This document shows, piece by piece, positions 38,837-48,423 of a stretch of 64,000 bases of DNA; positions within the stretch are counted from its first letter, which is position 1, and each line of letters begins with the position of its first letter. The position numbers and the translations under genes are program-made. Origin of the DNA: a virus. Lineage: Duplodnaviria > Caudoviricetes. The notes beneath the pieces were generated by a model. That model saw only the letters and a program-made list of their open reading frames with translations. It had not been told where the DNA came from and did not search any database. Location: IMG/VR virus record IMGVR_UViG_3300012979_000027, positions 128,001-192,000 of that record, one strand, 5' to 3'.

Positions 38837-40285
38837 CTAAGTTCTGAGCACAATATCAGTTTCTCGAACGTTAATTTTTTCTTCTTCGTAAATTCTAAGA
38901 CGTTTATTAGCGTGAGCAGTAGAATATTTGAATCCTTTATCACAAATATCAAATATGTTTAACTCTTTTTTAGTTGGATGAAGACGTAATCCGCGACCAA
39001 TACTTTGAACAACAGTAACAGATGATTTACCTCCTGCTGCAAGGATAATATTATGTAAATTTTTAATATTAATACCAGTTGAGAATATTTTAGTTATAGC
39101 AATACACAATATATTATCTTCTTCCTCCATTAATTTCTTGATTTCATCTCTACTATCTGTATCAATCTCTCCTCTGATAAAATAAATTTTCTTATCAGAT
39201 TCTACAGTATCCAAAATATTCTTTAAAATAAAACCATGCTCTAAGCGATTTACTAGCAAGAGAGTATTCTTATCTAGTTTAAAACATAAATCTTTTAAGA
39301 AATTATTGCGATATTTGTTAGAATAAAGTTCTTCAACTTCATCGCGATATTTCATTTCCCCATAATATTCTGGGTAAATTAAGTTTGCTTTTCGGATAAT
39401 AACATTAGATAATACACCAGCATCTCTTAATTCTTTTGAAGTTTTAGTATATCGGACAGGTCCTAAAAGTCCTATATTTTTTATCTTATCTTCAATTTCC
39501 TCTGCTAAAGTACCAGTAAATCCGAATCTATATTTCGTAACTATTTTTTCAATACATTTGGAAACCATATTACCTCGTTTAATAGAGTGGGCTTCATCAA
39601 CTATTAAACAATCAAAACTGTTCCTCCAAATCTTTTCATACTGATTAAACCTTGATAATAATAATGGTCGATTAGCAATTACAATTTCCGAATCTTCATC
39701 TAATTTATTAAACTTATCATAAAATTTGATTATTTTACGATTCAGTTTATAAACATTTACTAATTCATCATAAAATTGAGTTACCAGCCCATTATCTGGA
39801 ACTACAATCAGAACTTTCTTAATATTTTTATTAGAAAAGAGATTATTGATAATAGAAGCAATGGTAAAAGTTTTACCTGCACCTGTACCTAATACAAAGG
39901 TTCCGAACTTATAACGTAATGCAAGGTCAACGCATTCTCTTTGATAATCTCTTAGCTTAAATTCTAGGTTATCAAGTATCTCACATGGTTCATCTTGTGT
40001 AAATTTTTCCTTGAATGAATCTGAAATCTGATATTCTACTGGTCTATCTATCACATATGTTTTCAACCATTTAATAATTTCTCCTGCTATTCCAAAATCG
40101 AATGAACCAGTTGGAGTTATAAAATACTTTCGGTCCCTTACGAATCGTTTATTTGGCCCGGTAGTAAATCTTTTTTCTTTATTAGGTACACTGAAAGAAT
40201 GCATCAATCTATCTCTAACATCCTTGTCTGAAAGAGCTATATGACATGCGTTCTTTTTTTCTGAATAATCTAACTGTACTAGCAT
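38837..40285 (-). CDS. uvsW: SF2 helicase UvsW
   Basis: LRDYQ, GTGAGKT, DEAH, GFTGT, FSTGINIKNLHNI, QSIGRGLR. Confidence 0.93.
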   Translation of the reverse strand: MLVQLDYSEKKNACHIALSDKDVRDRLMHSFSVPNKEKRFTTGPNKRFVRDRKYFITPTGSFDFGIAGEIIKWLKTYVIDRPVEYQISDSFKEKFTQDEPCEILDNLEFKLRDYQRECVDLALRYKFGTFVLGTGAGKTFTIASIINNLFSNKNIKKVLIVVPDNGLVTQFYDELVNVYKLNRKIIKFYDKFNKLDEDSEIVIANRPLLLSRFNQYEKIWRNSFDCLIVDEAHSIKRGNMVSKCIEKIVTKYRFGFTGTLAEEIEDKIKNIGLLGPVRYTKTSKELRDAGVLSNVIIRKANLIYPEYYGEMKYRDEVEELYSNKYRNNFLKDLCFKLDKNTLLLVNRLEHGFILKNILDTVESDKKIYFIRGEIDTDSRDEIKKLMEEEDNILCIAITKIFSTGINIKNLHNIILAAGGKSSVTVVQSIGRGLRLHPTKKELNIFDICDKGFKYSTAHANKRLRIYEEEKINVRETDIVLRT

Positions 40286-40287
40286 CT

Positions 40288-40683
40288 TTACATCTGTTCC
40301 ATCTTCATTAACTCAATAGCATTCTTCAAATCAAAAGTTGTAGAACTAAAAATCTTCTCAGCTTTTTCCAAATACTCAATTATAAGTTCTAATTCTTCTA
40401 TTTCATCATTAATTTCTGCAATTACCGGAGACTTTGAAAGCATTTCTTTAGCACTTTGAGTAGAAATTTTGATTCCAACATCTGCAGATGACTGAACTTT
40501 CTTAATTAAGTCTGATTTTTTACGTTGTAGTTGCTTTAACTCTATTTTAGATTCAATAAGTTTAGCTACCCAATAATGTTTCAAAGACGGTATTTCATTT
40601 ATTTTGTTATGTATATTAAACTGGTCTATTTTTAAATCTTTTTCTATTGCTTCTTTGTAATTTACAAACTTTTCGTAACTCAT
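40288..40683 (-). CDS. uvsY: recombination mediator UvsY-like
   Basis: DLKID N-terminus, coiled coil, FDLKNAIE C-terminus, adjacent to uvsW. Confidence 0.75.
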   Translation of the reverse strand: MSYEKFVNYKEAIEKDLKIDQFNIHNKINEIPSLKHYWVAKLIESKIELKQLQRKKSDLIKKVQSSADVGIKISTQSAKEMLSKSPVIAEINDEIEELELIIEYLEKAEKIFSSTTFDLKNAIELMKMEQM

Positions 40684-40700
40684 TCTTAAATAATTATATC

Positions 40701-41507
40701 ATGAAAATTGGAAAAGTGTTAAATCTTATTAATGAAAATGTTGTCATAGATTTTGGTCATTTTCATTTTGATTCAGCTGTTTCATTTTTAAATCGCTATT
40801 CTTCTGAAGATGAAGAGTTTGAACCTGATACATGGGGAGAAGAAACACTTGAAAAATGTAAAAAGGATAAAGATTTTGTTGAATATGATGAAGCAAAGGA
40901 CCTTTATGATAAATTAAGTCGTAAAGAACAGAAATTTGTTTCTCCAAATGGCAAATATAAAGATTCTCCTAAACTAATATTCAGATTAGGAGAACATGAT
41001 AATGGTAACCTTATCGGATTTATTGATGTATATTATTTTCCTAAAGAAAAGAAATCTTTATCTGATGTTGATGAATTAATAGATGATATATCCAGTTCAA
41101 AATCATTTGATGGGAGAGATGGATTTATCACAATGGCGGTAGACCCAAAATATAGAGGAAAGGGTATTGCGAAAAAATTATTAGCAGCTGCCGCTAAGAA
41201 AGCTAAGAAGGTTGGTTTAGATGCATTAATGTATGAGGTAGAATATAAAAACAAGCCTTCTATTAACTTTATACAGAAATTTAGCAGTAAATTTAAGAAT
41301 GAAACACCTGCGTCTAAGAGTGATAAGGATTCTGGAACTTTAATATTCAGATACCGTTTTGAAAAGGATGAAGATGAAATGACTTCCGCTATTTTATCTA
41401 CAGCACCACAAGGTGGAGCATTAGAATGTGGAGATAATTATGCGCCAGGTGATATGCGACTTCCTAAAGTTTTAGGAAAAATACAACGTCGTAAGAAAAA
41501 GGCATGA
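40701..41507 (+). CDS. GNAT acetyltransferase, late/possibly virion-packaged
   Basis: AVDPKYRGKGIAKKLL acetyl-CoA motif, NKPSI; TAAATA 8 nt before ATG 40701; LINE motif. Confidence 0.85.
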   Translation: MKIGKVLNLINENVVIDFGHFHFDSAVSFLNRYSSEDEEFEPDTWGEETLEKCKKDKDFVEYDEAKDLYDKLSRKEQKFVSPNGKYKDSPKLIFRLGEHDNGNLIGFIDVYYFPKEKKSLSDVDELIDDISSSKSFDGRDGFITMAVDPKYRGKGIAKKLLAAAAKKAKKVGLDALMYEVEYKNKPSINFIQKFSSKFKNETPASKSDKDSGTLIFRYRFEKDEDEMTSAILSTAPQGGALECGDNYAPGDMRLPKVLGKIQRRKKKA

Positions 41508-41521
41508 TATAATATTCCTAT

Positions 41522-41980
41522 ATGGACTTAGGTCATTGGGAATTAGGAAATAATGTTACTTTACCAGAAGATTTTGAAGAAAACCCACCTATGGGTTTTG
41601 TCTATCGTATTGAAAATAAAGAAACTGGTAAATTTTATATTGGTCAGAAAAAGATTATTAAAGTTGAAAAACGTCCTCCACTAAAAGGAAAAGTTAGAAA
41701 ACGTAAAATTGTTAAGCAATCTGATTGGAAAACTTATTGCGGTTCATCTAATGAACTTAAAAATGATGTTTTAAATTTCGGTGAAGATAATTTTACCTTT
41801 AAAATTATTCGTTTTTGTGATTGTAAGTGGGAAATGGCATATTGGGAGTTGTATTATCAGATGTTAAATCATGTACTATTCAGGGAAGACTCATACAACG
41901 GGATTATTAATGTAAGAATTTCCAAATTTCAAAAGTTTATCGATAGATACAAAGATGAGATTCAGAACTTAGATATATAA
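41522..41980 (+). CDS. GIY-YIG nuclease (endonuclease II-like)
   Basis: GFVY.I.N..TGKFYIGQK, SDWKTYCGSS, YNG.I. Confidence 0.85.
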   Translation: MDLGHWELGNNVTLPEDFEENPPMGFVYRIENKETGKFYIGQKKIIKVEKRPPLKGKVRKRKIVKQSDWKTYCGSSNELKNDVLNFGEDNFTFKIIRFCDCKWEMAYWELYYQMLNHVLFREDSYNGIINVRISKFQKFIDRYKDEIQNLDI

Positions 41981-41985
41981 TTTTT

Positions 41986-42798
41986 ATGACTTTTGTAGAA
42001 ACAATAGATATTGTTAAAAATTTATGCGAGCAGCATAAAGTAATACCATTATTTGCTTTTAGAAACGGTTCAAAGGCATATGGTTATGATAACGCAAATT
42101 CTGATGATGATATTCTATTTGTTTATTATCGTCAACCATTAGATTATTTTTCTCTAAAGGAAGTAGATAATGAGTTTAAGCACTCTGAATTAGATATTAA
42201 GGGATGGGATATTCGTAAATTTATAGCTATTTTAGCAAAAAATGGCTGGAATACCTATGAAGCTCTTCATAATGAGTCCTGGACTGCATCTGAAACTGCT
42301 GATAAGCTTTTGACTTCTTTAATATCAATAGCACATAAAAACCTTGATGTAAAGAAGATAACAAATACAATGTTATGTTGTGCATTAAGAGATAGAACAA
42401 AATATCTTACTAACCAAGATAAAGCAAAGAAAGTAAAGGCTTGTTTATCATTTGCAAGGATGAATCTTTCAGCTCGTTATCTATTTTTTGTGAAGGAGTA
42501 TCCTCCTATAAATTTTGAAACGTTAGTAGGAACTCTTGAAGTTAATTTAGAAAATAACTCTGATTTTGAAATTCCATATCATATAATTGCATTTCTTAAA
42601 TTTTTGATGTATACCCGTAAATCAATGAATTTAGAAAATATTGATTTAAAATATATGGATATGATTATGGAAGTATTATTCGTTACTCATCAAAAGCTTA
42701 TGAAACTAAATGATAATCTTGGAGATACCTCTAAGATGGGTTATGTTTCAAAATATGAAAAATTACTTAAAGAATTTTTCCAATCTCAACTTAAATAA
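41986..42798 (+). CDS. Pol-beta-superfamily nucleotidyltransferase
   Basis: GSKAYG....SDDDI.FVY, DIKGWDIRKF. Confidence 0.85.
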   Translation: MTFVETIDIVKNLCEQHKVIPLFAFRNGSKAYGYDNANSDDDILFVYYRQPLDYFSLKEVDNEFKHSELDIKGWDIRKFIAILAKNGWNTYEALHNESWTASETADKLLTSLISIAHKNLDVKKITNTMLCCALRDRTKYLTNQDKAKKVKACLSFARMNLSARYLFFVKEYPPINFETLVGTLEVNLENNSDFEIPYHIIAFLKFLMYTRKSMNLENIDLKYMDMIMEVLFVTHQKLMKLNDNLGDTSKMGYVSKYEKLLKEFFQSQLK

Positions 42799-42803
42799 AT
42801 TTT

Positions 42804-42938
42804 ATGAAGACAATCGCTTTAATTTTTACAGTACTTGCTTTAACTTCTTGCACTTTGTCAGGCACATATACATCTGCCTCTCAAAATTTTGGTTTTAATA
42901 CCTCTATTGTAATTCCAGTAGAAGATTATAAGAAGTAA
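42804..42938 (+). CDS. 44-aa lipoprotein (not in track)
   Basis: MKTIALIFTVLALTS-C lipobox; TAAATA 6 nt upstream. Confidence 0.65.
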   Translation: MKTIALIFTVLALTSCTLSGTYTSASQNFGFNTSIVIPVEDYKK

Positions 42939-42939
42939 T

Positions 42940-43443
42940 ATGCGAGTCCGTTCACTAATATTATTTGATTTAAAGAATAATATAGTTCACTCCAACAAAA
43001 AGTTGTTGGAGTTTATTACTTTATACAATATTACAAATAAAACTGATATTAATAACCTCTTTATTTTCTTTGTCTTATCTGAGATTCTTGAGATTTATAA
43101 GAACAACAAAAACGGAATGATAGTTTTTTATCTTTCGAGCGAAAACTATAATATTTTGCAGGAAGATACCGATATCAACTATTCTAAATTTTTGAAAATA
43201 GTCACGAAGAAAATAAAGTTTCCGATTATTATCAGTTCTTTACCGTTCACTTATTTTTGTTCACTAATGGCAACAAACTGTCCTCAATATGATGAGATTA
43301 TCGAGAATTACACATTCTTACCTTCCATATTTGATGACATTGTAAAACTCATTAAGAAATTAAAATTTTATAAGCTAGAAAGGGAATTAGTTTTAAATCT
43401 TAAAGAGAGATTTAAATTAATGAGTATGTTTGAAACAAAATAA
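42940..43443 (+). CDS. hypothetical protein
   Basis: ORF track. Confidence 0.65.
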   Translation: MRVRSLILFDLKNNIVHSNKKLLEFITLYNITNKTDINNLFIFFVLSEILEIYKNNKNGMIVFYLSSENYNILQEDTDINYSKFLKIVTKKIKFPIIISSLPFTYFCSLMATNCPQYDEIIENYTFLPSIFDDIVKLIKKLKFYKLERELVLNLKERFKLMSMFETK

Positions 43444-43454
43444 ATAATTGTACA

Positions 43455-43883
43455 ATGCTTAAGAGAAAATTTAAAACTTTTGAAACGATTGCCAAATTTA
43501 AAAAGCTTTATGAAGCTGATGAAATGGAGCAAAACCCGAATGCAGAAGGTGGAGATGCTACTAATCCGCCGGTCGAAGGTGCTGAAGGCGCTGAAGGCGC
43601 TGAAGGTGATGTAACTAATGACCCGAATAAACAAGCTGACCCTGAGTCTGGTACATTTATGTCTGATAATCAGAAAGCTGAGATGGCAAAAATGATTCTT
43701 GATGCTCTTATGATGACTCCTCCTGAACCGGGTACTATTCCATCTAATCTTATGAATGTTACAACTGATAATGCTGATGAGGTTATCAAATATGTTCAGG
43801 GGCTTAATGCTCTCAGCGCTCCTCTTTCATTAGATAATGATGCTGATACTAATTCTATGGCAGGTGCTTTGAAAGGTCTTTAA
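43455..43883 (+). CDS. acidic late protein, probable head-internal
   Basis: TAAATA upstream, KLYE-A motif, EGA repeats. Confidence 0.65.
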   Translation: MLKRKFKTFETIAKFKKLYEADEMEQNPNAEGGDATNPPVEGAEGAEGAEGDVTNDPNKQADPESGTFMSDNQKAEMAKMILDALMMTPPEPGTIPSNLMNVTTDNADEVIKYVQGLNALSAPLSLDNDADTNSMAGALKGL

Positions 43884-43885
43884 GT

Positions 43886-44497
43886 ATGAAGAACTTTTAT
43901 TTTAGTAATCTTAACTTCCTTTTGGAAGATATGAATCAGGAGCATAAAATTGCTATTATTCCCGGTTCATTCAAACCACCACACAAGGGTCACTATGAGA
44001 TGATTAAACATTATTCAGAACTCGTAGGTCCAGATGGAGAAGTATTAGTATTTGTTTCTAAACCCTCCACCAAGAATCAACGTAAGACTCCAGATGGTAA
44101 AATCATTTCTCCAGAACTTGTAAAACAAATTTTAGACATATATTGTCAATCTTTAAGTAATGTTAAAGTAGAAATTGCTCAAGTATCTCCTGTTAAAGCA
44201 TGCTACGATATTGGCGAACGTTTAGAATCGGGGGTTTTGCTTTTCGGATGTTCTAAAAAGGATGATGATATTAAACGTTTCGAACAAATCAAATCTTATA
44301 TTGAATCGCGAAATCCTAACCTGATTGTTTTAGACCCAATGACTACCGCAGTTGATGTTACTGCTTCAGAAGATGGAGTTGTATCAGCAGCTGATTTTCG
44401 ACGAGTTTATGGAAATCCTGAAGAAATGATGCAATTTCTTCCTGACCATCTAAATGATGGAACAAAACATAAAGTGATTCAAATATTACTTCAATAA
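43886..44497 (+). CDS. HxGH cytidylyl/nucleotidyltransferase-like protein
   Basis: PGSFKPPHKGH, VSAADFR. Confidence 0.85.
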   Translation: MKNFYFSNLNFLLEDMNQEHKIAIIPGSFKPPHKGHYEMIKHYSELVGPDGEVLVFVSKPSTKNQRKTPDGKIISPELVKQILDIYCQSLSNVKVEIAQVSPVKACYDIGERLESGVLLFGCSKKDDDIKRFEQIKSYIESRNPNLIVLDPMTTAVDVTASEDGVVSAADFRRVYGNPEEMMQFLPDHLNDGTKHKVIQILLQ

Positions 44498-44520
44498 AAA
44501 AGGCGGGTTAACCCGCCTTA
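44496..44520. terminator. intrinsic terminator
   Basis: AAGGCGGG-TTAA-CCCGCCTT between convergent genes. Confidence 0.75.
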
Positions 44521-44527
44521 ATAATTA

Positions 44528-45022
44528 TTAAGCATTTGAAGCAATACTTTCTGTCACATAATCAACATTTATACCATCATTGGAAATATTATCTTTAGTA
44601 ACATCGATAAGAGCATCTAGTTCTTTTCCTACAAAATCTTTAGAGATAAGAATTTTGTGTTCATTATCAGAACGATTTGTAATAGAAAATGGCACTTTTT
44701 TATAATCTTCCCCGCCAAATTGTACATCTAGTTCCACTACAGGTCTATCTTGTATATGGCCTCCTCCGATATTAATTTTAATAATGTCTTTAATCTTTTT
44801 AGATATACGACGTTCATTACCATCTTTATTAAATGTTTTAAAATTAATAATATTACCTTGTATTACAATGTCTTCACCATGAATTACATTATAACCGCTG
44901 TTGCCAGAATCAACTTTAGCAACAAGTTCACCAATACCTTTAACAAGTACGGGCTCTTCTACACCAATGACCATTTTTTCAAGGGTCAACTTATATAATC
45001 TAGAGTTTATACAAGTTTTCAT
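44528..45022 (-). CDS. retropepsin-like (RimK-associated) protease domain
   Basis: AKVDSGN, RPVVELDV, FSITNRS. Confidence 0.75.
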   Translation of the reverse strand: MKTCINSRLYKLTLEKMVIGVEEPVLVKGIGELVAKVDSGNSGYNVIHGEDIVIQGNIINFKTFNKDGNERRISKKIKDIIKINIGGGHIQDRPVVELDVQFGGEDYKKVPFSITNRSDNEHKILISKDFVGKELDALIDVTKDNISNDGINVDYVTESIASNA

Positions 45023-45024
45023 TA

Positions 45025-45435
45025 TTAAAACATTTTAGGAGAAAGAGGCAAAGCACCTCCGATAATTGTAGTAGTTCCGATCATACCTGCGCCAGATGCA
45101 TCTTCAATATCGCAAAGAAGCATATCAAGAGAATTAGAAATTGAAATTAAACGAGAAACTAGTTCTTCTTTTGTAAGAAATTGCCCACGGTCTCTTTCAG
45201 TTGGTAAACTACTTGCTTTCTCAAGAACTTCCATTATTTTTTCACCCATCTCTTCAGCAAGTGTTTTCAAATAAGTTTCTTCAGCAGAACCTTCGGGTTG
45301 GACTACTGTAATATTATGAGGCGATGCAGATTGAAATTGGTCACAAGACCATCCGAATTCACAATCTTCTTCAAATAAATCATCAAGAAACTTATTAGTT
45401 TCACTGTATTCATCATATTTTGCTTTATAATGCAT
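45025..45435 (-). CDS. late hypothetical protein
   Basis: TAAATA 5 nt upstream. Confidence 0.65.
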   Translation of the reverse strand: MHYKAKYDEYSETNKFLDDLFEEDCEFGWSCDQFQSASPHNITVVQPEGSAEETYLKTLAEEMGEKIMEVLEKASSLPTERDRGQFLTKEELVSRLISISNSLDMLLCDIEDASGAGMIGTTTIIGGALPLSPKMF

Positions 45436-45479
45436 GAAAATATTTATTTCTTTAAAAAAGTTGTGTTATAATAAGTTTA

Positions 45480-46200
45480 ATGAAAATTGCAATTTCTCGG
45501 AAATAACGATAAGAAGCGTTTTGAGCTTATTAAATCATTCATTTCTCAATGGCCAATGTATTCTACCCCATCGGATACTATTTTTGAAATTAACGAATGG
45601 AAAGATGACGAATTAAAAAATACATTTAACGAGGTAGAAAAAGTATTATTTTCTAAGATATTATTTTTAGAAGACCAATATGAAAAATATAAGGATGTTG
45701 GATATATAATTTATAATGGGTCTTTATTAGATATTCTTATTAATTCTTTAGTTCTTTGTGAGCAAAATTATGTGTCTGAAGAATTTGTAGAAAAAGTAAT
45801 ATACCATACAAAAAAAATGTTTAGAATCATAGATGTCTTATATATAGTACCTGATGATACACTTAATGAAACTTCTGATGATGATTTAAAGGTATTAGAG
45901 TCTGTATATTGGAACTTTTATGAAAATTATCAAAATGATTTTGAAAATTCTCCTTTTTTTGATCAAAAAAATTGTTCTTCTATTTTTATGATAGATTCAA
46001 CTAATCCATTAGGAGAAATTAAAATGCTATTGGATAAAAATGGTAATTTGGATACAACTATGCAAGGCGGAAGTAATGAAAATATCGTAGATTTGTCAAA
46101 ATTGAAGAAAATATTTAATAATAATCCAGCTTTATATAAAGCAGCAATGCAATCATTAAATTCGGAAACTTCATTAAATTCGGGTTTTATAACTCTTTAA
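45480..46200 (+). CDS. degenerate P-loop kinase-like protein, requiring +1 shift at CGG (45498-45500)
   Basis: ATG 45480 after TGTTATAAT gives MKIAIS|GNNDKKR...; IIYNGSLLD resembles the kinase DRxxxD strand. Confidence 0.65.
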
Positions 46201-46203
46201 AAT

Positions 46204-46240
46204 TTAAAAAGCAAGTCTAACAGTTAGACTTGCTTTTTAA
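46204..46240. terminator. bidirectional terminator
   Basis: TTAAAAAGCAAGTCTAAC-A-GTTAGACTTGCTTTTTAA long inverted repeat. Confidence 0.8.
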
Positions 46241-46259
46241 TTTAATAAAAAATATAAAC

Positions 46260-46865
46260 CTATTCTGTTAGTTGCGTATCTTTATAATTATAAGATAATT
46301 TTGGCTGTAATAATATATCAGATTCTTCAATACCGGGTATTAATTTAGAAATATATTTTATTAAAGTGCTTATATAACCATAATACCACCTTAATGTATT
46401 TTTTTGTTCTTCAGTTTCGCCACTTATAAAATTAATATTTTCGGACTGAGATATTCCATTTAATAAAATATCATTACGTATCGTATCTAATCCTGAAGCA
46501 GATAACCATTTACTATTTGCTCCTAAAATTATTGCTATCATAAATTCTAGTACTTTAATACGATTTAATATTTCATTATCTATCGTATTTTGTAAAGATG
46601 TAACGGCTTCTTCTAAACCAGTTATTTCTTCACTTACAGTATGCGCAAAAGTTTGCACATCACTAGCTAATGTTACAACTTCATTAATAGTCGATTTAAA
46701 TGTAGTATGTTCTAAATCTATAATTAAATCGCCAAAATCTACAACTGCAGCTCCATCACGAGTTTCATTCCAAATAATAATTTTATCTCCATTTTCTATA
46801 GAAGTGTACTGTGGAAGATCTTTTATAGATGCATAGACCTTTTTCCCATATGAACTATAAGCCAT
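46260..46865 (-). CDS. late structural-type hypothetical protein
   Basis: TAAATA upstream; SIKDLPQ...GDKIII N-terminus reminiscent of tail/fibre proteins. Confidence 0.6.
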   Translation of the reverse strand: MAYSSYGKKVYASIKDLPQYTSIENGDKIIIWNETRDGAAVVDFGDLIIDLEHTTFKSTINEVVTLASDVQTFAHTVSEEITGLEEAVTSLQNTIDNEILNRIKVLEFMIAIILGANSKWLSASGLDTIRNDILLNGISQSENINFISGETEEQKNTLRWYYGYISTLIKYISKLIPGIEESDILLQPKLSYNYKDTQLTE

Positions 46866-46903
46866 GACATTATTTAATATCAGAACTTTGATATGAATAA
46901 AAT

Positions 46904-47272
46904 ATGAATTTTGATGAGTTTTATCCCCTTTTAAAAAGTATTTTTACAAAAAAGGATTGTGATATAATGCCTTGCGCAGATAATTTTAATGTTTATCTAG
47001 CAACTCGTTATATTTCTTTTTATCATCCAAGCTTATGCGAGGTTCTAAATGAATCTATTAATAAATTTAAAATTAATTCGATGTTTAATGAACCAGAAGA
47101 AGGGTATAAGTTTTTAAAAGCACTTATTCCTAAGCTTCCTTATAAACATATCAAATATATTAAGAAGGAAAGTGTTAAAAATCAACGAGATAAGAATATT
47201 TCTGATGAATCTATCACTAAAATTGCAAATTATTTGGAAATTTCTCGAAGAGAAGTTAGAGCTATTTTATAA
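46904..47272 (+). CDS. clamp-loader small subunit (gp62-like)
   Basis: F.VYL..RYIS, YKFL...IPK..KYIKK, IANYLEISRRE. Confidence 0.65.
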   Translation: MNFDEFYPLLKSIFTKKDCDIMPCADNFNVYLATRYISFYHPSLCEVLNESINKFKINSMFNEPEEGYKFLKALIPKLPYKHIKYIKKESVKNQRDKNISDESITKIANYLEISRREVRAIL

Positions 47273-47277
47273 AAATG

Positions 47278-47286
47278 TGATATAAT
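47278..47286 (+). promoter_or_regulatory. extended -10 promoter TGnTATAAT (also ~41505, ~45464, ~52186)
   Basis: TGATATAAT 8 nt before ATG 47295. Confidence 0.65.
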
Positions 47287-47294
47287 AAAAACAT

Positions 47295-47736
47295 ATGCAA
47301 AAAGATTTACTTTTAGACCAATATTCTAAGGCTTCTGTATCTGATATTAATCTTGAGAGTCCTAATTGTGCCCGGAGACATCGCAATTAGAGGATTTGTT
47401 CTCGATTCACTTTATGATGATTTTGTATTTGCTGATTATATTGATATAGATAATGGTTATATTAAGCATGAGTCAGGGCTGGTGACAGTTGATACGTCAG
47501 CAACTAAAACTTGGCGTAAGGCTCGTGTTATTATGGTAGGTCCCGCATGTCGTGCTACTTCGCCTGGAGATATTATTCTTTTTCCAAATGATAAAGGCCT
47601 TCCATGTGGTGAAGTAGATTATATTTCTCATTTAGAAGAAAATGACCTCGTTCCGAAGCAAGATATTCTTGAAACTGCTAAAAACGGTATATTTCTTAGT
47701 GAACATCGTATTTTTGCAAAACTTTTAAAGAATTAA
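47295..47736 (+). CDS. GroES-like co-chaperonin, probably requiring +1 shift at CGG (47373-47375)
   Basis: ESGLV, KARVIMVGP, PGDIILFP, FLSEHRIF; ATG 47295 after TGATATAAT is one base out of frame. Confidence 0.7.
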
Positions 47737-47737
47737 G

Positions 47738-48052
47738 ATGGCTATTTCATCTTCTACATTAGACTCGATGCTTCTTGCTAATGTAGTAGATCTTTCTTTT
47801 ATTAAAAAAGACGGGTCTACTCGTAATATGACTTGTACTAAATCATATGAATTACTTTCTTCATTTGAAGGACGCTCTTTTTTGAAATATCAAGAACCTA
47901 AAGGAAATCCTCGTAATCTTCCTTCAAATCTTTTAACAGTATGGGATATAGATTCACAAGGATTTAGAACAGTAAATTGTGAATCGGTAGATATTTTATC
48001 AGTAATTCCTGTAGAAAACTTTAGAAAAATGCTTATTGAAAAATACGTTTAA
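47738..48052 (+). CDS. SH3/Sm-fold (WYL_2/DUF2693-like) protein
   Basis: FIKKDGSTRNMTCT, VWDIDSQGFRT. Confidence 0.7.
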   Translation: MAISSSTLDSMLLANVVDLSFIKKDGSTRNMTCTKSYELLSSFEGRSFLKYQEPKGNPRNLPSNLLTVWDIDSQGFRTVNCESVDILSVIPVENFRKMLIEKYV

Positions 48053-48075
48053 ATTTTTATGCAATAATTAATTAC

Positions 48076-48423
48076 ATGAAAAATAATATTATCGTCGATT
48101 TAAACGAAACCTTTAATGAGTATTTCTTTAAAAAGTTTACTTTTCTATTAGATAATAAAATTATTAAAGATGGAAGGTTAAAACTCTTTACAATGAAGGG
48201 TTTTAACCTTAAATTTTTCTTATTAGATAAAGATAATATTATTAAAAATCTTGAAATACCATATCCATTTGATTTGATTAAACTCAATGATGGTTATATT
48301 TTTGATTATCGCTTAGAAAAGTTTAAACTTTTAAAGGATTCAGAACTTCTTAATAATGTATTTGAATACGATTGTCTTAAATCGAGACTATATGATAAAC
48401 CTTTAATTGTAAAAATAGAATAA
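48076..48423 (+). CDS. hypothetical protein
   Basis: ORF track. Confidence 0.65.
   Translation: MKNNIIVDLNETFNEYFFKKFTFLLDNKIIKDGRLKLFTMKGFNLKFFLLDKDNIIKNLEIPYPFDLIKLNDGYIFDYRLEKFKLLKDSELLNNVFEYDCLKSRLYDKPLIVKIE

Noticed and set aside
43886-44497. NadD/NMNAT completing NARP2
   Set aside because: Only a generic HxGH motif, 20 kb from the NAD operon and in a late unit; kept only as an alternative
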